Shown here: piece after piece, positions 10,877-19,548 of the stretch
Numbering within the stretch: the stretch's first letter is position 1
How the letters are laid out: the number at the start of each line of letters is the position of its first letter
Source: Candidatus Aenigmatarchaeota archaeon
Lineage (GTDB): Archaea; Aenigmatarchaeota; Aenigmatarchaeia; QMZP01
Direction of reading: 5' to 3'
NCBI GenBank assembly: GCA_030670085.1
Contig: DAOVCJ010000002.1
Location: 4,975 to 68,974 of the forward strand
DNA: 64,000 nucleotides
Program-made: the position numbers and the translations under genes
The notes under the pieces: model-generated
The model's database searches: none
The model's input: the letters and a program-made list of their open reading frames with translations, nothing else
What the model was told of the DNA's origin: nothing

Positions 10877-11015
10877 ACAATTTTATAGGATTTCTGGGTT
10901 TATCAATACCAAAAGCAAGCCCACAAAAACCGCTTTATTAACCCGGAATAAACTTAAATATATTATGAATACAGTATATAGTTAATAATCACGGGAAAGC
11001 AACCAAAGAGTGTAT

Positions 11016-11045
11016 GACGGCTTGGACATACTGGGTTAAGCCGTC
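11016..11045 (+). repeat. Hairpin element copy 3 (GACGGCTT-N14-AAGCCGTC) in the leader of the L4 operon
   Basis: Perfect 8-bp stem with a 14-nt loop. Lies 16 nt upstream of the rpl4 ATG and downstream of AT-rich TATA-like sequence around 10953-10983. Confidence 0.8.
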
Positions 11046-11060
11046 CAACCGAGTGATGGT

Positions 11061-11858
11061 ATGAAAATACCGGTGTACAGCATGAACGGGAAAGTGAAGG
11101 GGAGCTTAAAGGTAGACAAAGCATTCTCCAACCCCGTTAGAAATGACCTGATTCAGAGGGCAGTCCTGGCAGAGCAGTCAAAGCTCATCCAGGCCTACGG
11201 AAGCGATCCCCAGGCAGGGAAAAGAACATCAGCCCATTACCATGGAAGAAGGGGAAGGAGGATGACCATGATGAACAGGGAGATGGCAAGGATGAAGAGG
11301 ATCCATGGTTCAGGTGGACTTCACATGAGGGCAAGGTTCGTTCCCCAGGCAGTCAAGGGAATGAAGGCCCACCCACCAAAGGCAGGAAAGAAATGGGCCA
11401 TAAAGATAAACAAAAAGGAGAGGATAAAAGCCCTGCTCTCTGCTGCATCAGCATCATCTAAAAAGGAGATGGTTGAGAAGAGAGGCCACATCCTGGATGG
11501 AGTGAAGCATGTCCCGCTGGTGATTGAGGACAAGATGCAGGACCTGAAAAAGGTCAAGGAGATCAAAGAGGTCCTGGAAAAGCTCGGCCTGAAAAAGGAA
11601 CTGGAAAGAGTGAAGGAAAGGAAGGTGAGAGCAGGCAGGGGAACTGCAAGGGGGAGGAAGTACAGAGTAAAGAAAGGACCCCTTCTTGTGGTAGGAAAAG
11701 ACGGAGGAATCACAAAGGCCGTTCGGAACCTGGCAGGGGTTGATATTGTTGAGGCGGACAACCTTAACGTCTCGATGCTTGCGCCCGGGACACAGCCGGG
11801 CAGATTATGCTTATGGACTGAATCAGCTGTAAAGAAGATGGAGACCCTGGGAGACTGA
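11061..11858 (+). CDS. rpl4: 50S ribosomal protein L4 (uL4/L1e)
   Basis: N-terminus MKIPVYSMNGKVKGSLKVDKAFSNPVRNDLIQRAV is typical archaeal L4. Confidence 0.9.
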   Translation: MKIPVYSMNGKVKGSLKVDKAFSNPVRNDLIQRAVLAEQSKLIQAYGSDPQAGKRTSAHYHGRRGRRMTMMNREMARMKRIHGSGGLHMRARFVPQAVKGMKAHPPKAGKKWAIKINKKERIKALLSAASASSKKEMVEKRGHILDGVKHVPLVIEDKMQDLKKVKEIKEVLEKLGLKKELERVKERKVRAGRGTARGRKYRVKKGPLLVVGKDGGITKAVRNLAGVDIVEADNLNVSMLAPGTQPGRLCLWTESAVKKMETLGD

Positions 11859-11859
11859 T

Positions 11860-12177
11860 ATGGCAGAAAAAAAGAAGGAAGTGAAAAGAGAGAAGGAGAA
11901 AGCGACGGAAGCGAAACAGGATCCCTGGAAGGTCCTGATGTATCCCCAGCTTGCAGAGAAATCCATGAACATGGTGGAACTCGAGAACAAGCTGGTTTTC
12001 ATAGTTAATAAGAATGCGAAAAAAGAACAGATAAAGGAAGCTGTCGAAAAACAGTTCAATGTAAGGGTTATCAAGATAAATGTTGAGATAACAAGGAAGG
12101 GTGAGAAGAAGGCCTACGTAAAACTCCATCCGGATGATTCAGCAGCGGACATAGCCTCAAGGATGGGAATGTTATAA
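11860..12177 (+). CDS. rpl23: 50S ribosomal protein L23 (uL23)
   Basis: DPWKVLMYPQLAEKSM...KLVFIVNKNAKKEQIKEAVEKQFNVRV. Confidence 0.9.
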   Translation: MAEKKKEVKREKEKATEAKQDPWKVLMYPQLAEKSMNMVELENKLVFIVNKNAKKEQIKEAVEKQFNVRVIKINVEITRKGEKKAYVKLHPDDSAADIASRMGML

Positions 12178-12193
12178 GCGAAGGTGAAAGAGT

Positions 12194-12862
12194 ATGGGAA
12201 AGAGAATCATACAGCAGAGGAGAGGAAAGGGTTCCCCAACTTACAGGGCACCCCCGTACAAGTTCAGACCCAGCCTTAAGTATAAGAACCAACTTGGAAG
12301 GGTTGTGGATATAGTTAATGATAGGATCAGGAATTCCCCCTTGGCAGAGATTAAGTATTCAGACAGGAGCAAGGGCTACATAATTGCTCCTGAGGGAATA
12401 AGGGTTGGGGATTCGATAGAAAGATTCGTAGTGCTGCTTTCCCGGGTAACAGAGGGGATGCAGATATCAGCAATAGAAACCTCTCCGAATTCAGGACCAA
12501 AGCTTTGCAGGACACCCGGATCATTCGCCACCATGGTATCCAGGGGAAAGAAGGAGTGCATAATCCAGCTCCCCTCCAAGAAAAAGAAAAAGCTGAATCC
12601 GAACTGCAGGGTTATTGTAGGGATTCCTGCAGGAGAGGGGAGAAGGGAGAAGCCGTTTGTGAAGGCAGGAAAGAAGTGGATTGCAATGCATGCGAGAGGA
12701 AAGCTCTACCCCAGAACATCAGGGGTAGCAATGAATGTTGTTGATCACCCGTTCGGTGGTGGTTACAGCGGTCTTGGAAAGCAAAAGACAGTGTCAAGGC
12801 ACACCCCACCAGGAAGGAAGGTGGGTTCGATATCACCAAGGAGAACCGGTAAAAAAAGATAG
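12194..12862 (+). CDS. rpl2: 50S ribosomal protein L2 (uL2)
   Basis: Begins GKRIIQQRRGKGSPTYRAP and carries the L2 C-terminal HPFGGG motif (VDHPFGGG). Confidence 0.9.
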   Translation: MGKRIIQQRRGKGSPTYRAPPYKFRPSLKYKNQLGRVVDIVNDRIRNSPLAEIKYSDRSKGYIIAPEGIRVGDSIERFVVLLSRVTEGMQISAIETSPNSGPKLCRTPGSFATMVSRGKKECIIQLPSKKKKKLNPNCRVIVGIPAGEGRREKPFVKAGKKWIAMHARGKLYPRTSGVAMNVVDHPFGGGYSGLGKQKTVSRHTPPGRKVGSISPRRTGKKR

Positions 12863-12877
12863 GAGAAAAGATTGTAA

Positions 12878-12953
12878 CCCGACTTGGAAAGTTGGATTGA
12901 CGGATTGGTTATATTGGTTCAATCCGTCGAATTGGAGGTTGATAAAAGTCGGG
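12878..12953 (+). repeat. Hairpin element copy 4, a nested variant in the L2-S19 intergenic leader
   Basis: Outer stem is CCCGACTT / AAGTCGGG. It encloses an inner 9-bp hairpin GACGGATTG...CAATCCGTC at 12899-12928. Three ATTGG motifs. The 3' stem abuts AGGAG and the rps19 ATG at 12965. Confidence 0.7.
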
Positions 12954-12964
12954 AGGAGTATGGT

Positions 12965-13345
12965 ATGGCAGAATTCAAGATGAGAGGAAAAGGCATGGAG
13001 GAAATAAAGGGAATGGGTCTGGATGAATTCAGGGATATCATTAGATCCAGGGAAAGAAGGGTCTTGAAGAGGGGACTGACAGAGTACCAGAAAAAACTGC
13101 TCAAGAAGATAAAGAGGGATCCCAAGAAGTTCCACAGAACGAAATGCAGGGACATGGTTATAATACCCGAGATGCTTGGAATAAAAATAGGGGTTTACAA
13201 CGGAAAGGAGTACAGAATATTGGAGATAATACCCGAGATGCTGGGACACAGACTGGGTGAATTCGCATTGACAAGGAAGCATGTTAAACACTCTGCTCCA
13301 GGTTTTGGTGCAACCAAGTCAAGCAAATTCGTTCCATTAAAGTAA
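12965..13345 (+). CDS. rps19: 30S ribosomal protein S19 (uS19)
   Basis: Start placed at the internal ATG MAEFKMRGKGMEE. The upstream part of the track ORF is the hairpin leader. Confidence 0.88.
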   Translation: MAEFKMRGKGMEEIKGMGLDEFRDIIRSRERRVLKRGLTEYQKKLLKKIKRDPKKFHRTKCRDMVIIPEMLGIKIGVYNGKEYRILEIIPEMLGHRLGEFALTRKHVKHSAPGFGATKSSKFVPLK

Positions 13346-13354
13346 GGTGATTAA

Positions 13355-13738
13355 ATGAATAGATATGCATATAATCCGGACCCGAAAAAGTCTGCAAAGG
13401 TATTTGGAAGAGGATCCAGGATATCCCAGAGGTCATCAAATGTAGTGTGCTCCAGGATAAGCGGAATGAGCCTGGACAAGGGCAGGAGTTTCCTGATGAA
13501 CCTTCTGATACAGAAGGAGAGTATTGGTGGCAAATACTACACCAATGTCACAAAGGAACTTCTGAACCTTCTGAGGTCTGCAGAAAGCAATGCAGAGTTC
13601 AAGGGCCTGGACCCTGGAAAACTCATGATCCATGCATCCGCTCACACCGGATTTACATTCTACAGGCCCAGGAACTGGAAGAGGAGAATGGAGAAGAGAA
13701 AGATCACGAACGTACAGCTCGTGCTGGAGGAGAGATGA
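13355..13738 (+). CDS. rpl22: 50S ribosomal protein L22 (uL22)
   Basis: Archaeal L22 pattern and position between S19 and S3. Confidence 0.85.
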   Translation: MNRYAYNPDPKKSAKVFGRGSRISQRSSNVVCSRISGMSLDKGRSFLMNLLIQKESIGGKYYTNVTKELLNLLRSAESNAEFKGLDPGKLMIHASAHTGFTFYRPRNWKRRMEKRKITNVQLVLEER

Positions 13739-13739
13739 T

Positions 13740-14558
13740 ATGTTGAAAGACTACTTCGTAAAGCAGGGGATAAAGGAAGTGGAGATAGAGAAGTTCATAA
13801 GGACACGGTTCCCTTACGGTGATTACTCCAAGACAGAACTTCAGAGAACGCCCCTCGGAATAAAAATCATAATATACACAAACAAGCCCGGAAGGATCAT
13901 AGGCCGCGGGGGTAAAAACATAAATGAGATAACAGAGATGATAAAGAAGAAGTTCGGTTTTGAGAACCCACAGATTGATGTCAAGGCAGTGAGGAATCCC
14001 AACCTTGACCCCAGGATAGTAGCGAAACAGATAGCCTCCGCACTTGAGAGGGGGTACAACTACAAGAAGATAGGAAACCTCTCCATGAAGAGGGTTATGG
14101 AGTCTGGAGCGATAGGAGTGGAGATAATTATATCCGGAAGGCTTGGTGGCGGTGGAGGAAAGAGCATGACAGGAAAATTCATTACCGGTTACCTGAAGCA
14201 CTGCGGGCAACCCGCGAAAGACCTGGTGGATTATGGGTTTGAGGAGGCCAACACAAAGCCCGGGAAGATAGGGATAAAAGTCAGGATAATGAAGGAATTC
14301 ATGGACATATCGGGTGAGATAAGGAAAACCTTGGAACCGGAAGAGGAGATAGAGAAACCGAAGGAAGAGGAGCCCGAAAAGAAGGAGGAAAAGAAACCCG
14401 AGAAAAAACCCACGAAAAAACCCGCAAAGAAACCAAAGAAGACTGAAAAGAAATCCACGAAGAAACCAAAGAAAACAGAAAAACCCAAGAAAGTGAAAAA
14501 ACCGAAGAAGAAAACCACAAAGAAACAAAAGCCCGGAAAGAGGGCAAAAAAGAAGTGA
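13740..14558 (+). CDS. rps3: 30S ribosomal protein S3 (uS3) with a K/P/E-rich C-terminal tail of about 70 aa
   Basis: Start at MLKDYFVKQGIKEVEIEKFI, where ATGA overlaps the L22 stop. Carries a KH domain (IIGRGGKNINEI). The tail is KPEKKPTKKPAKKPKK... Confidence 0.88.
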   Translation: MLKDYFVKQGIKEVEIEKFIRTRFPYGDYSKTELQRTPLGIKIIIYTNKPGRIIGRGGKNINEITEMIKKKFGFENPQIDVKAVRNPNLDPRIVAKQIASALERGYNYKKIGNLSMKRVMESGAIGVEIIISGRLGGGGGKSMTGKFITGYLKHCGQPAKDLVDYGFEEANTKPGKIGIKVRIMKEFMDISGEIRKTLEPEEEIEKPKEEEPEKKEEKKPEKKPTKKPAKKPKKTEKKSTKKPKKTEKPKKVKKPKKKTTKKQKPGKRAKKK

Positions 14559-14607
14559 CGTTTTAGAGATAAATTTAAATATAACCCATAAATAATAAAT
14601 CAAGCTT

Positions 14608-14817
14608 ATGGCTATTCTAAGATCCAAGGATATAAGGAAACTCAGTGAAAAGGAACTGGAAAAAAAGATGGATGAGCTGAGGTTGGAGCTTGCAAAGGAA
14701 AAGGCAAACATATCTATAGGCGCTTCGGTTACTTCTCCAGGCAGAATAAAGGAGATAAGAAAGACCATAGCAAGGATTCTAAGCGTGAAGAAGGAGAAAT
14801 CCAAAGGAGGAAGTTAA
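14608..14817 (+). CDS. rpl29: 50S ribosomal protein L29 (uL29)
   Basis: MAILRSKDIRKLSEKELEKKMDELRLELAKEKA. Confidence 0.85.
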   Translation: MAILRSKDIRKLSEKELEKKMDELRLELAKEKANISIGASVTSPGRIKEIRKTIARILSVKKEKSKGGS

Positions 14818-14821
14818 TATA

Positions 14822-15127
14822 ATGAATAAGATATGTGATAAGTGCGGGTTGCCCGAGTCTCTTTGTGTTTGTGAGACAATAGCAAAGGAAAAGGAAAAAA
14901 TAAGGGTATTGACCATAAGAAGAAGATATGGAAAGGTCATAACCCTGGTTGAGGGTATAGAAAAGGACGCAGACCCCAAATCGGTTCTTAAGGAATTGAA
15001 GACCAAGCTGGCCTGCGGGGGGACTATAAAGGAAAAGACAATAGAGCTGCAGGGCAATCATAAAGAAAGGGTAAAGGATATCCTCGTTAAGCTTGGATTC
15101 CCAGAAGACCAGATTGAGATTACCTAA
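14822..15127 (+). CDS. sui1: Translation initiation factor SUI1/eIF1 (aSUI1)
   Basis: CxxC..CxC at the N-terminus, followed by the SUI1 domain RRRYGKVITLVEG...GGTIKE. Confidence 0.85.
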   Translation: MNKICDKCGLPESLCVCETIAKEKEKIRVLTIRRRYGKVITLVEGIEKDADPKSVLKELKTKLACGGTIKEKTIELQGNHKERVKDILVKLGFPEDQIEIT

Positions 15128-15141
15128 ACCCGCACCGAATC

Positions 15142-15423
15142 ATGATGATAACCCCGGAGAACCTTGTCAGGCACGAGCTGATAGGTTTATCTGTAAAAAT
15201 CATAAAATCCACAGATCCGAGCAATGTAGGAATAGAGGGCAGGGTCGTGGACGAGACCCGAAACACGATAGTTATCGAAACGAAAAAAAGACGAAAAAGT
15301 TTCATAAAGGAAAAATGCGTTTTCTCTTTCCTGCTACCAACCGGGGAGAGAGTAAATGTTGACGGAAGGGTCCTGATTGCAAGACCCGAGGACAGAATAA
15401 AAAAGAAGCTGAAACAGTGGTAA
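15142..15423 (+). CDS. rnp1: RNase P protein component 1 (Rpp29/Pop4)
   Basis: LIGLSVKIIKSTDPSNVGIEGRVVDETRNTIVIE is typical of Rpp29. Conserved position between SUI1 and S17. Confidence 0.7.
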   Translation: MMITPENLVRHELIGLSVKIIKSTDPSNVGIEGRVVDETRNTIVIETKKRRKSFIKEKCVFSFLLPTGERVNVDGRVLIARPEDRIKKKLKQW

Positions 15424-15543
15424 AATAAAGTATTTAAAACCCACCTTTTATATAATTAACAAAGCTGAGTTACCCACTCCTCTGCTGCGGCAGGGGAAAG
15501 GTAGAGAGGCTGCGGTTTCTCTCGGGTAATTCGTCGTGATAGT

Positions 15544-15975
15544 ATGCCTAAGGAAAAATCCAGAAAAAAGACTGAAAGGGGAAGGAAAAAACCCACGGAA
15601 AAGCCCAGTGCGGAGAAGATAGAAAAGAAAGAAGTAAAGAAGAAGGGAGTGAAGACGATAGGACTGGAGATAACCCCCCCTGAGAAAACATGCGAGGATA
15701 TCAGGTGTCCCTGGCACGGGAAGATCTCGATAAGAGGCAGGGCATTCAAAGGCGTGGTAACGTCCGCAAAGGCTCATGCAACAGCGGTTGTTGAGTGGGG
15801 ATACCATCACTACTTCCCGAAGTACGAGAGGTACGAGAGGAGGAAATCCAGGGTGATTGCACACAACCCCCCATGCATACGTGCAAGGGAGGGTGACGAG
15901 GTAATGATCGCGGAGTGCAGACCTCTCTCGAAAACGAAACGCTTCGTGGTGGTAGGGCTACTGAAGAAGGGATGA
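15544..15975 (+). CDS. rps17: 30S ribosomal protein S17 (uS17) with a K-rich N-terminal extension
   Basis: S17 OB core FKGVVTSAKAHATAVVEWGYHHYFPKYERYERR, preceded by a basic extension of about 40 aa. Confidence 0.85.
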   Translation: MPKEKSRKKTERGRKKPTEKPSAEKIEKKEVKKKGVKTIGLEITPPEKTCEDIRCPWHGKISIRGRAFKGVVTSAKAHATAVVEWGYHHYFPKYERYERRKSRVIAHNPPCIRAREGDEVMIAECRPLSKTKRFVVVGLLKKG

Positions 15976-15979
15976 TATT

Positions 15980-16378
15980 ATGAAAGCGATACCAACCAAG
16001 ATCATAAAGGCGTTACCTGTCGGAGCGATAATAACCTGCGCTGACAACACCGGAGCCAAGGAGATCCAGATAATCTCTGTCAAGGGTTTCAAGGGAACCA
16101 GGAGGACCAAGCCCTGTGCAGGTGTTGCGGACTTCGTGACCTGCAGGGTCTACAAGGGAGACGAGAAGGTCAGGCACGAGATTCACAAGGCTGTCATAAT
16201 AAGGCAGAGGAAGGAATACAGGAGGCCAGACGGCATGAGGATAAGCTTTGAGGACAATGCTGCTGTCCTGGTCACTGACAAGGGCGAAGCAAGGGGAAGC
16301 ACCATAAAGGGGCCTGTTGCAAAGGAAGCGGTCCAGAGGTTTTCCACGATAGGTAAGATCGCAAAAATGGTGGTTTGA
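15980..16378 (+). CDS. rpl14: 50S ribosomal protein L14 (uL14)
   Basis: ITCADNTGAKEIQIISVKG...DNAAVLV. Confidence 0.9.
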   Translation: MKAIPTKIIKALPVGAIITCADNTGAKEIQIISVKGFKGTRRTKPCAGVADFVTCRVYKGDEKVRHEIHKAVIIRQRKEYRRPDGMRISFEDNAAVLVTDKGEARGSTIKGPVAKEAVQRFSTIGKIAKMVV

Positions 16379-16882
16379 GTGAAGAAGGATTGGTCAAGGA
16401 ACTGGGTGAAGTCGGTGCAGCCGAGGAAGCAGAGGAAGTACAGACACAACGCTCCATTACATGTAAGGCATAAGTTTTTGTCCGCGAATCTTTCCCCAGA
16501 ACTGAGGAGGAGGTTCGAAAAGAGATCGATGCCGGTCAGGAAGGGAGACGAGGTAGAGGTCATGAGGGGATCTTCCAAGGGATTGAGGGGAACGGTCAAC
16601 AGGGTTGATGTGAAGAAATGCAGGATTTATGTTGAAGAGATCAAGGTGAAAAAAGTTGATGGTTCCGAGATTATGAAGTCACTTCAGCCATCAAATCTCA
16701 GAATAGTAAAACTCAGTCTCGATGACAAGATGAGGCAGAGGGTTTTTGAAAGGACAGAAGAGAAACCGAAGGAAGAAAAGCCCGAAAAAAAGGAGGAAAA
16801 GAAACCCAAAAAGAAAGAAGAAAAAAAGGAGAAGAAAAAGAAAGAAAAGAAAAAGGAAAGGAGAAAGAAGGAGAAAAAGTGA
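16379..16882 (+). CDS. rpl24: 50S ribosomal protein L24 (uL24), GTG start, with a K/E-rich C-terminal tail
   Basis: KOW motif (VRKGDEVEVMRGSSKGLRGTV). The GTG start sits directly after the L14 stop. Tail EKPKEEKPEKKEEKKPKKKEEKK. Confidence 0.8.
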   Translation: MKKDWSRNWVKSVQPRKQRKYRHNAPLHVRHKFLSANLSPELRRRFEKRSMPVRKGDEVEVMRGSSKGLRGTVNRVDVKKCRIYVEEIKVKKVDGSEIMKSLQPSNLRIVKLSLDDKMRQRVFERTEEKPKEEKPEKKEEKKPKKKEEKKEKKKKEKKKERRKKEKK

Positions 16883-16886
16883 TAGC

Positions 16887-17564
16887 ATGCCGCATTTGAA
16901 AAGGTATTCGATGCCGAGATTTTGGCCCCTAGCAAAGAAGGGGAACATTTTCGCAATTAAACCAATGCCCGGGCCGCACCCGAAAGATAATTGCATACCG
17001 CTCCAGGTCATACTCAGGGATGTCCTTAGATACGCTGAAAATGCCAAAGAGGCAAGAAAGGTTCTAAGGGGTGGAAAAATTCTGGTTGACAAAAAGGTGA
17101 GAAAGGATCCCAAATTCCCTGTCGGCCTTATGGATGTTATCGAGATCCCTGAAGCAAAGCAATACTTCAGGATTACTGTCAACACAAGGGGCCTTTTACT
17201 GAAGGATATAACTGAGAAGGATGCGGACAAGAAGCTCTGCAGGATAAACGGGAAGGTCACTGTTAAGGGAGGCCTGTATCAGTTGAATCTGCACGACGGG
17301 AGAAACATACTGGTTAAAGAGGATGTTTACAATGTTGGCGATTCTGTTGTGATTTCAGTACCCGATCAGAAGGTTCTGAAACACTACAAGTTTGGGAAGG
17401 GTGAAAAAGCGATGGTTGTTGCTGGAAGGAACATTGGTGTAAAGGGAAAGATAAGGGACATCCGGGAGAAAAAGAACATGCTGGAAAAAGCGATGGTTGT
17501 ACTTGAAACCAAGGGAGGAGAAATTCAAACCCTGAGGGATTACCTCCTGATAGGCGAGGTATAA
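16887..17564 (+). CDS. rps4e: 30S ribosomal protein S4e (eS4)
   Basis: Start placed at MPHLKRYSMPRFWPLAKKG. The upstream part of the track ORF is the L24 tail read in another frame. Confidence 0.85.
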   Translation: MPHLKRYSMPRFWPLAKKGNIFAIKPMPGPHPKDNCIPLQVILRDVLRYAENAKEARKVLRGGKILVDKKVRKDPKFPVGLMDVIEIPEAKQYFRITVNTRGLLLKDITEKDADKKLCRINGKVTVKGGLYQLNLHDGRNILVKEDVYNVGDSVVISVPDQKVLKHYKFGKGEKAMVVAGRNIGVKGKIRDIREKKNMLEKAMVVLETKGGEIQTLRDYLLIGEV

Positions 17565-17602
17565 GGGGATAAAGTGAAAGCCCGCATCGGAATAACTTGA
17601 GA

Positions 17603-17632
17603 GGCGGCTTAATTCGATTAACTAAAGTCGCC
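17603..17632 (+). repeat. Hairpin element copy 5 (GGCGGCTT-N14-AAGTCGCC) in the S4e-L5 intergenic region
   Basis: 8-bp stem that includes one G.U pair, with a 14-nt loop aattcgattaacta. Nested inside an outer helix CCCGCAT (17581-87) / ATGCGGG (17651-57), which is followed by AGGTGATGAT and the ATG at 17668. Confidence 0.75.
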
Positions 17633-17667
17633 ATGCGATTCGTTGAACAAATGCGGGAGGTGATGAT

Positions 17668-18180
17668 ATGAACAAGATGAGAGAGATAAGGCTTGAGAAA
17701 CTGACCCTGAACATGGGGGCAGGGGAATCCGGTCCCAAGGTAGAGAAATCAAAAACAATAATGGAAAAGATCACAGGGAAAAGGGTTGTGATAACAAAGA
17801 CCCAGAAAAGAACGACATTTGGGATGGCACAGAAAAGAAACATAGGAATCAAGGTAACCCTTAGGGGGAAAGAAGCGAAGGATCTGCTCAAGAGACTTCT
17901 GGAAGCAGTGGAGAACAAACTCAAGCCGTCACAATTCGATTCCAGCGGGAATTTTTCCTTCGGCGTTCATGAGTACATACACATACCCGGGATTAAGTAT
18001 GATCCCGATGTCGGAATACTGGGAATGGATGTATGCGTTACCCTGGAGAGACCCGGCTTCAGGGTCAAGAGAAAAAGCATAAGGCCCGGTAAGGTTGGTA
18101 AAAAACACAGGATAACACCCGCTGAGTCAATGGAGTGGACTAAAAAGGAATTCGGGGTCGAGGTGAAAGAGGAGGAATAG
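17668..18180 (+). CDS. rpl5: 50S ribosomal protein L5 (uL5)
   Basis: Begins [22 protein letters not shown] and carries [15 protein letters not shown]. Confidence 0.9.
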   Translation: MNKMREIRLEKLTLNMGAGESGPKVEKSKTIMEKITGKRVVITKTQKRTTFGMAQKRNIGIKVTLRGKEAKDLLKRLLEAVENKLKPSQFDSSGNFSFGVHEYIHIPGIKYDPDVGILGMDVCVTLERPGFRVKRKSIRPGKVGKKHRITPAESMEWTKKEFGVEVKEEE

Positions 18181-18181
18181 T

Positions 18182-18403
18182 ATGTCGTACGAGAGGGTCA
18201 GAAAGCAGATAGAGGGAAAGCCAACCAAGCTTGCAAGATACGAGAAGTTCAACAAGTCCAAAGAGAGGAAGTTCGGAAAAGGAGTTCACAAGTGCAGGAA
18301 GTGCGGAAGGACAGGAGGCCTGATAAGGAAGTATGGTCTGCTGTACTGCAGGCAGTGTTTCAGGGAGGATGCAGAAAAACTCGGGTTTAGGAAATATTCC
18401 TAG
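18182..18403 (+). CDS. rps14: 30S ribosomal protein S14 type Z (uS14, zinc-binding)
   Basis: [25 protein letters not shown]. Confidence 0.85.
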   Translation: MSYERVRKQIEGKPTKLARYEKFNKSKERKFGKGVHKCRKCGRTGGLIRKYGLLYCRQCFREDAEKLGFRKYS

Positions 18404-18411
18404 GTGATAGA

Positions 18412-18798
18412 ATGAGACATGATTTGCTGGCTGATACATTTTCCATAATAAAGAACACCGAAGAAATAGGAAGGCACGTCTGCGTTACACCAGCCTCCAA
18501 ACTTATAGAGGGGGTTCTGAAGGTGATGCAGAGACACAAGTACATAGGAAATTATGAACTTATAGAAGATGGAAAGGGAGGAAAGTTCAAGGTTTACCTG
18601 CTCGGCAGAATAAATGACTGTGGGGTTTCAAAGCCGAGGTTTTCGATAGGTAGAAGAGATGTTACAAAATGGGAGAAGAAGTTCCTCCCGGCTGACAACA
18701 TAGGGATTCTCATACTGACAACCTCAAAGGGTGTCATGGACCAGAAAGAGGCGACAAAGAAGAATACAGGAGGGAAGCTTCTGGGATATGTTTACTAG
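18412..18798 (+). CDS. rps8: 30S ribosomal protein S8 (uS8)
   Basis: LADTFSIIKNTEEIGRHVCVT...ILILTTSKGVMDQKEA. Confidence 0.9.
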   Translation: MRHDLLADTFSIIKNTEEIGRHVCVTPASKLIEGVLKVMQRHKYIGNYELIEDGKGGKFKVYLLGRINDCGVSKPRFSIGRRDVTKWEKKFLPADNIGILILTTSKGVMDQKEATKKNTGGKLLGYVY

Positions 18799-19080
18799 GT
18801 GGTGCTAATGACTCTGAGCAAACAGATAAAGGATGCGATAAAAAACGAGAAACTAATAATAGGAAGCAGGACAGTACTCAAGAATCTGAAAAACGAAATG
18901 TTGGATTCCGTAGTCTACGCATCCAACTACCCTGGTGGGATGATAAAGGACCTGAATCATTACTCCAAGGTCTCGGGCGTAAAGCTTGAGGAGTTCAATG
19001 GAAATTCAGTCCAGCTAGGGGAACTCTGCGGTAAACCGTTCAGAATCCTGATAGTTGGAGTGAAGAAGGCTAAGAAATAA
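18799..19080 (+). CDS. rpl30e: 50S ribosomal protein L30e
   Basis: GNSVQLGELCGKPFRILIVGV matches the L30e/L7Ae-fold motif GTSVELGTLLGRPF. Sits directly after S8 where L6 normally lies. Confidence 0.8.
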   Translation: MVLMTLSKQIKDAIKNEKLIIGSRTVLKNLKNEMLDSVVYASNYPGGMIKDLNHYSKVSGVKLEEFNGNSVQLGELCGKPFRILIVGVKKAKK

Positions 19081-19143
19081 ATACTAAATGTGCAACAGTA
19101 ACATAAATAAAATCAGAACATAAATATAAACGAAGTTGATAAA

Positions 19144-19548
19144 ATGGCTGTAAAACTCGGGATTGAAAGTATAAGAACAATTGCACTATTCGAGAAGATA
19201 ACGAATGTGCATGCAAGGGACTGTCTGATTACAGAGGACTGTGTTTACTTCCTCGTGAAACCCGAGAAGATAGGTCTGGCCATAGGGAAAAACGGGGCAG
19301 TTATAAAGGGGGTAAGGAAAATCCTGGGAAGGCAGGTTAAGCTTTTCGGGTACTACGACAAACCCGAGGATATGATAAAAAACATGGTACCGAACATAAA
19401 GAACATGACTTTCAACGATGGTAATATGATAATATCAATACCGTCACAGGACAAGGTTGCTGTTATCGGCAAGAACGGAAGGAACATAAAGGCAATAAAA
19501 GAGATCATGAAAAGGCATTTTTCAATAAACTATTTGAAATTAAGGTAG
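19144..19548 (+). CDS. nusA: Archaeal NusA-like protein (two KH domains)
   Basis: Two KH GxxG motifs (AIGKNGAVIKG; VIGKNGRNIKA). Size and its position after L30e are as in archaea. Confidence 0.75.
   Translation: MAVKLGIESIRTIALFEKITNVHARDCLITEDCVYFLVKPEKIGLAIGKNGAVIKGVRKILGRQVKLFGYYDKPEDMIKNMVPNIKNMTFNDGNMIISIPSQDKVAVIGKNGRNIKAIKEIMKRHFSINYLKLR

Noticed and set aside
11016-11045. 8-N14-8 palindromes read as a dimeric transcription-factor operator
   Set aside because: The half-sites are not conserved in sequence. They covary to keep Watson-Crick and G.U pairing, which indicates selection on RNA structure and not on a DNA-binding site.
13704-14804. 366-aa minus-strand ORF antisense to rps3 and rpl29
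   Set aside because: It is an F/L-rich translation of the antisense of K/E-rich codon repeats. It overlaps well-supported r-protein genes in a conserved operon. The same artefact explains 16691..17260, 14231..14518, 6200..6598 and 22553..22987.
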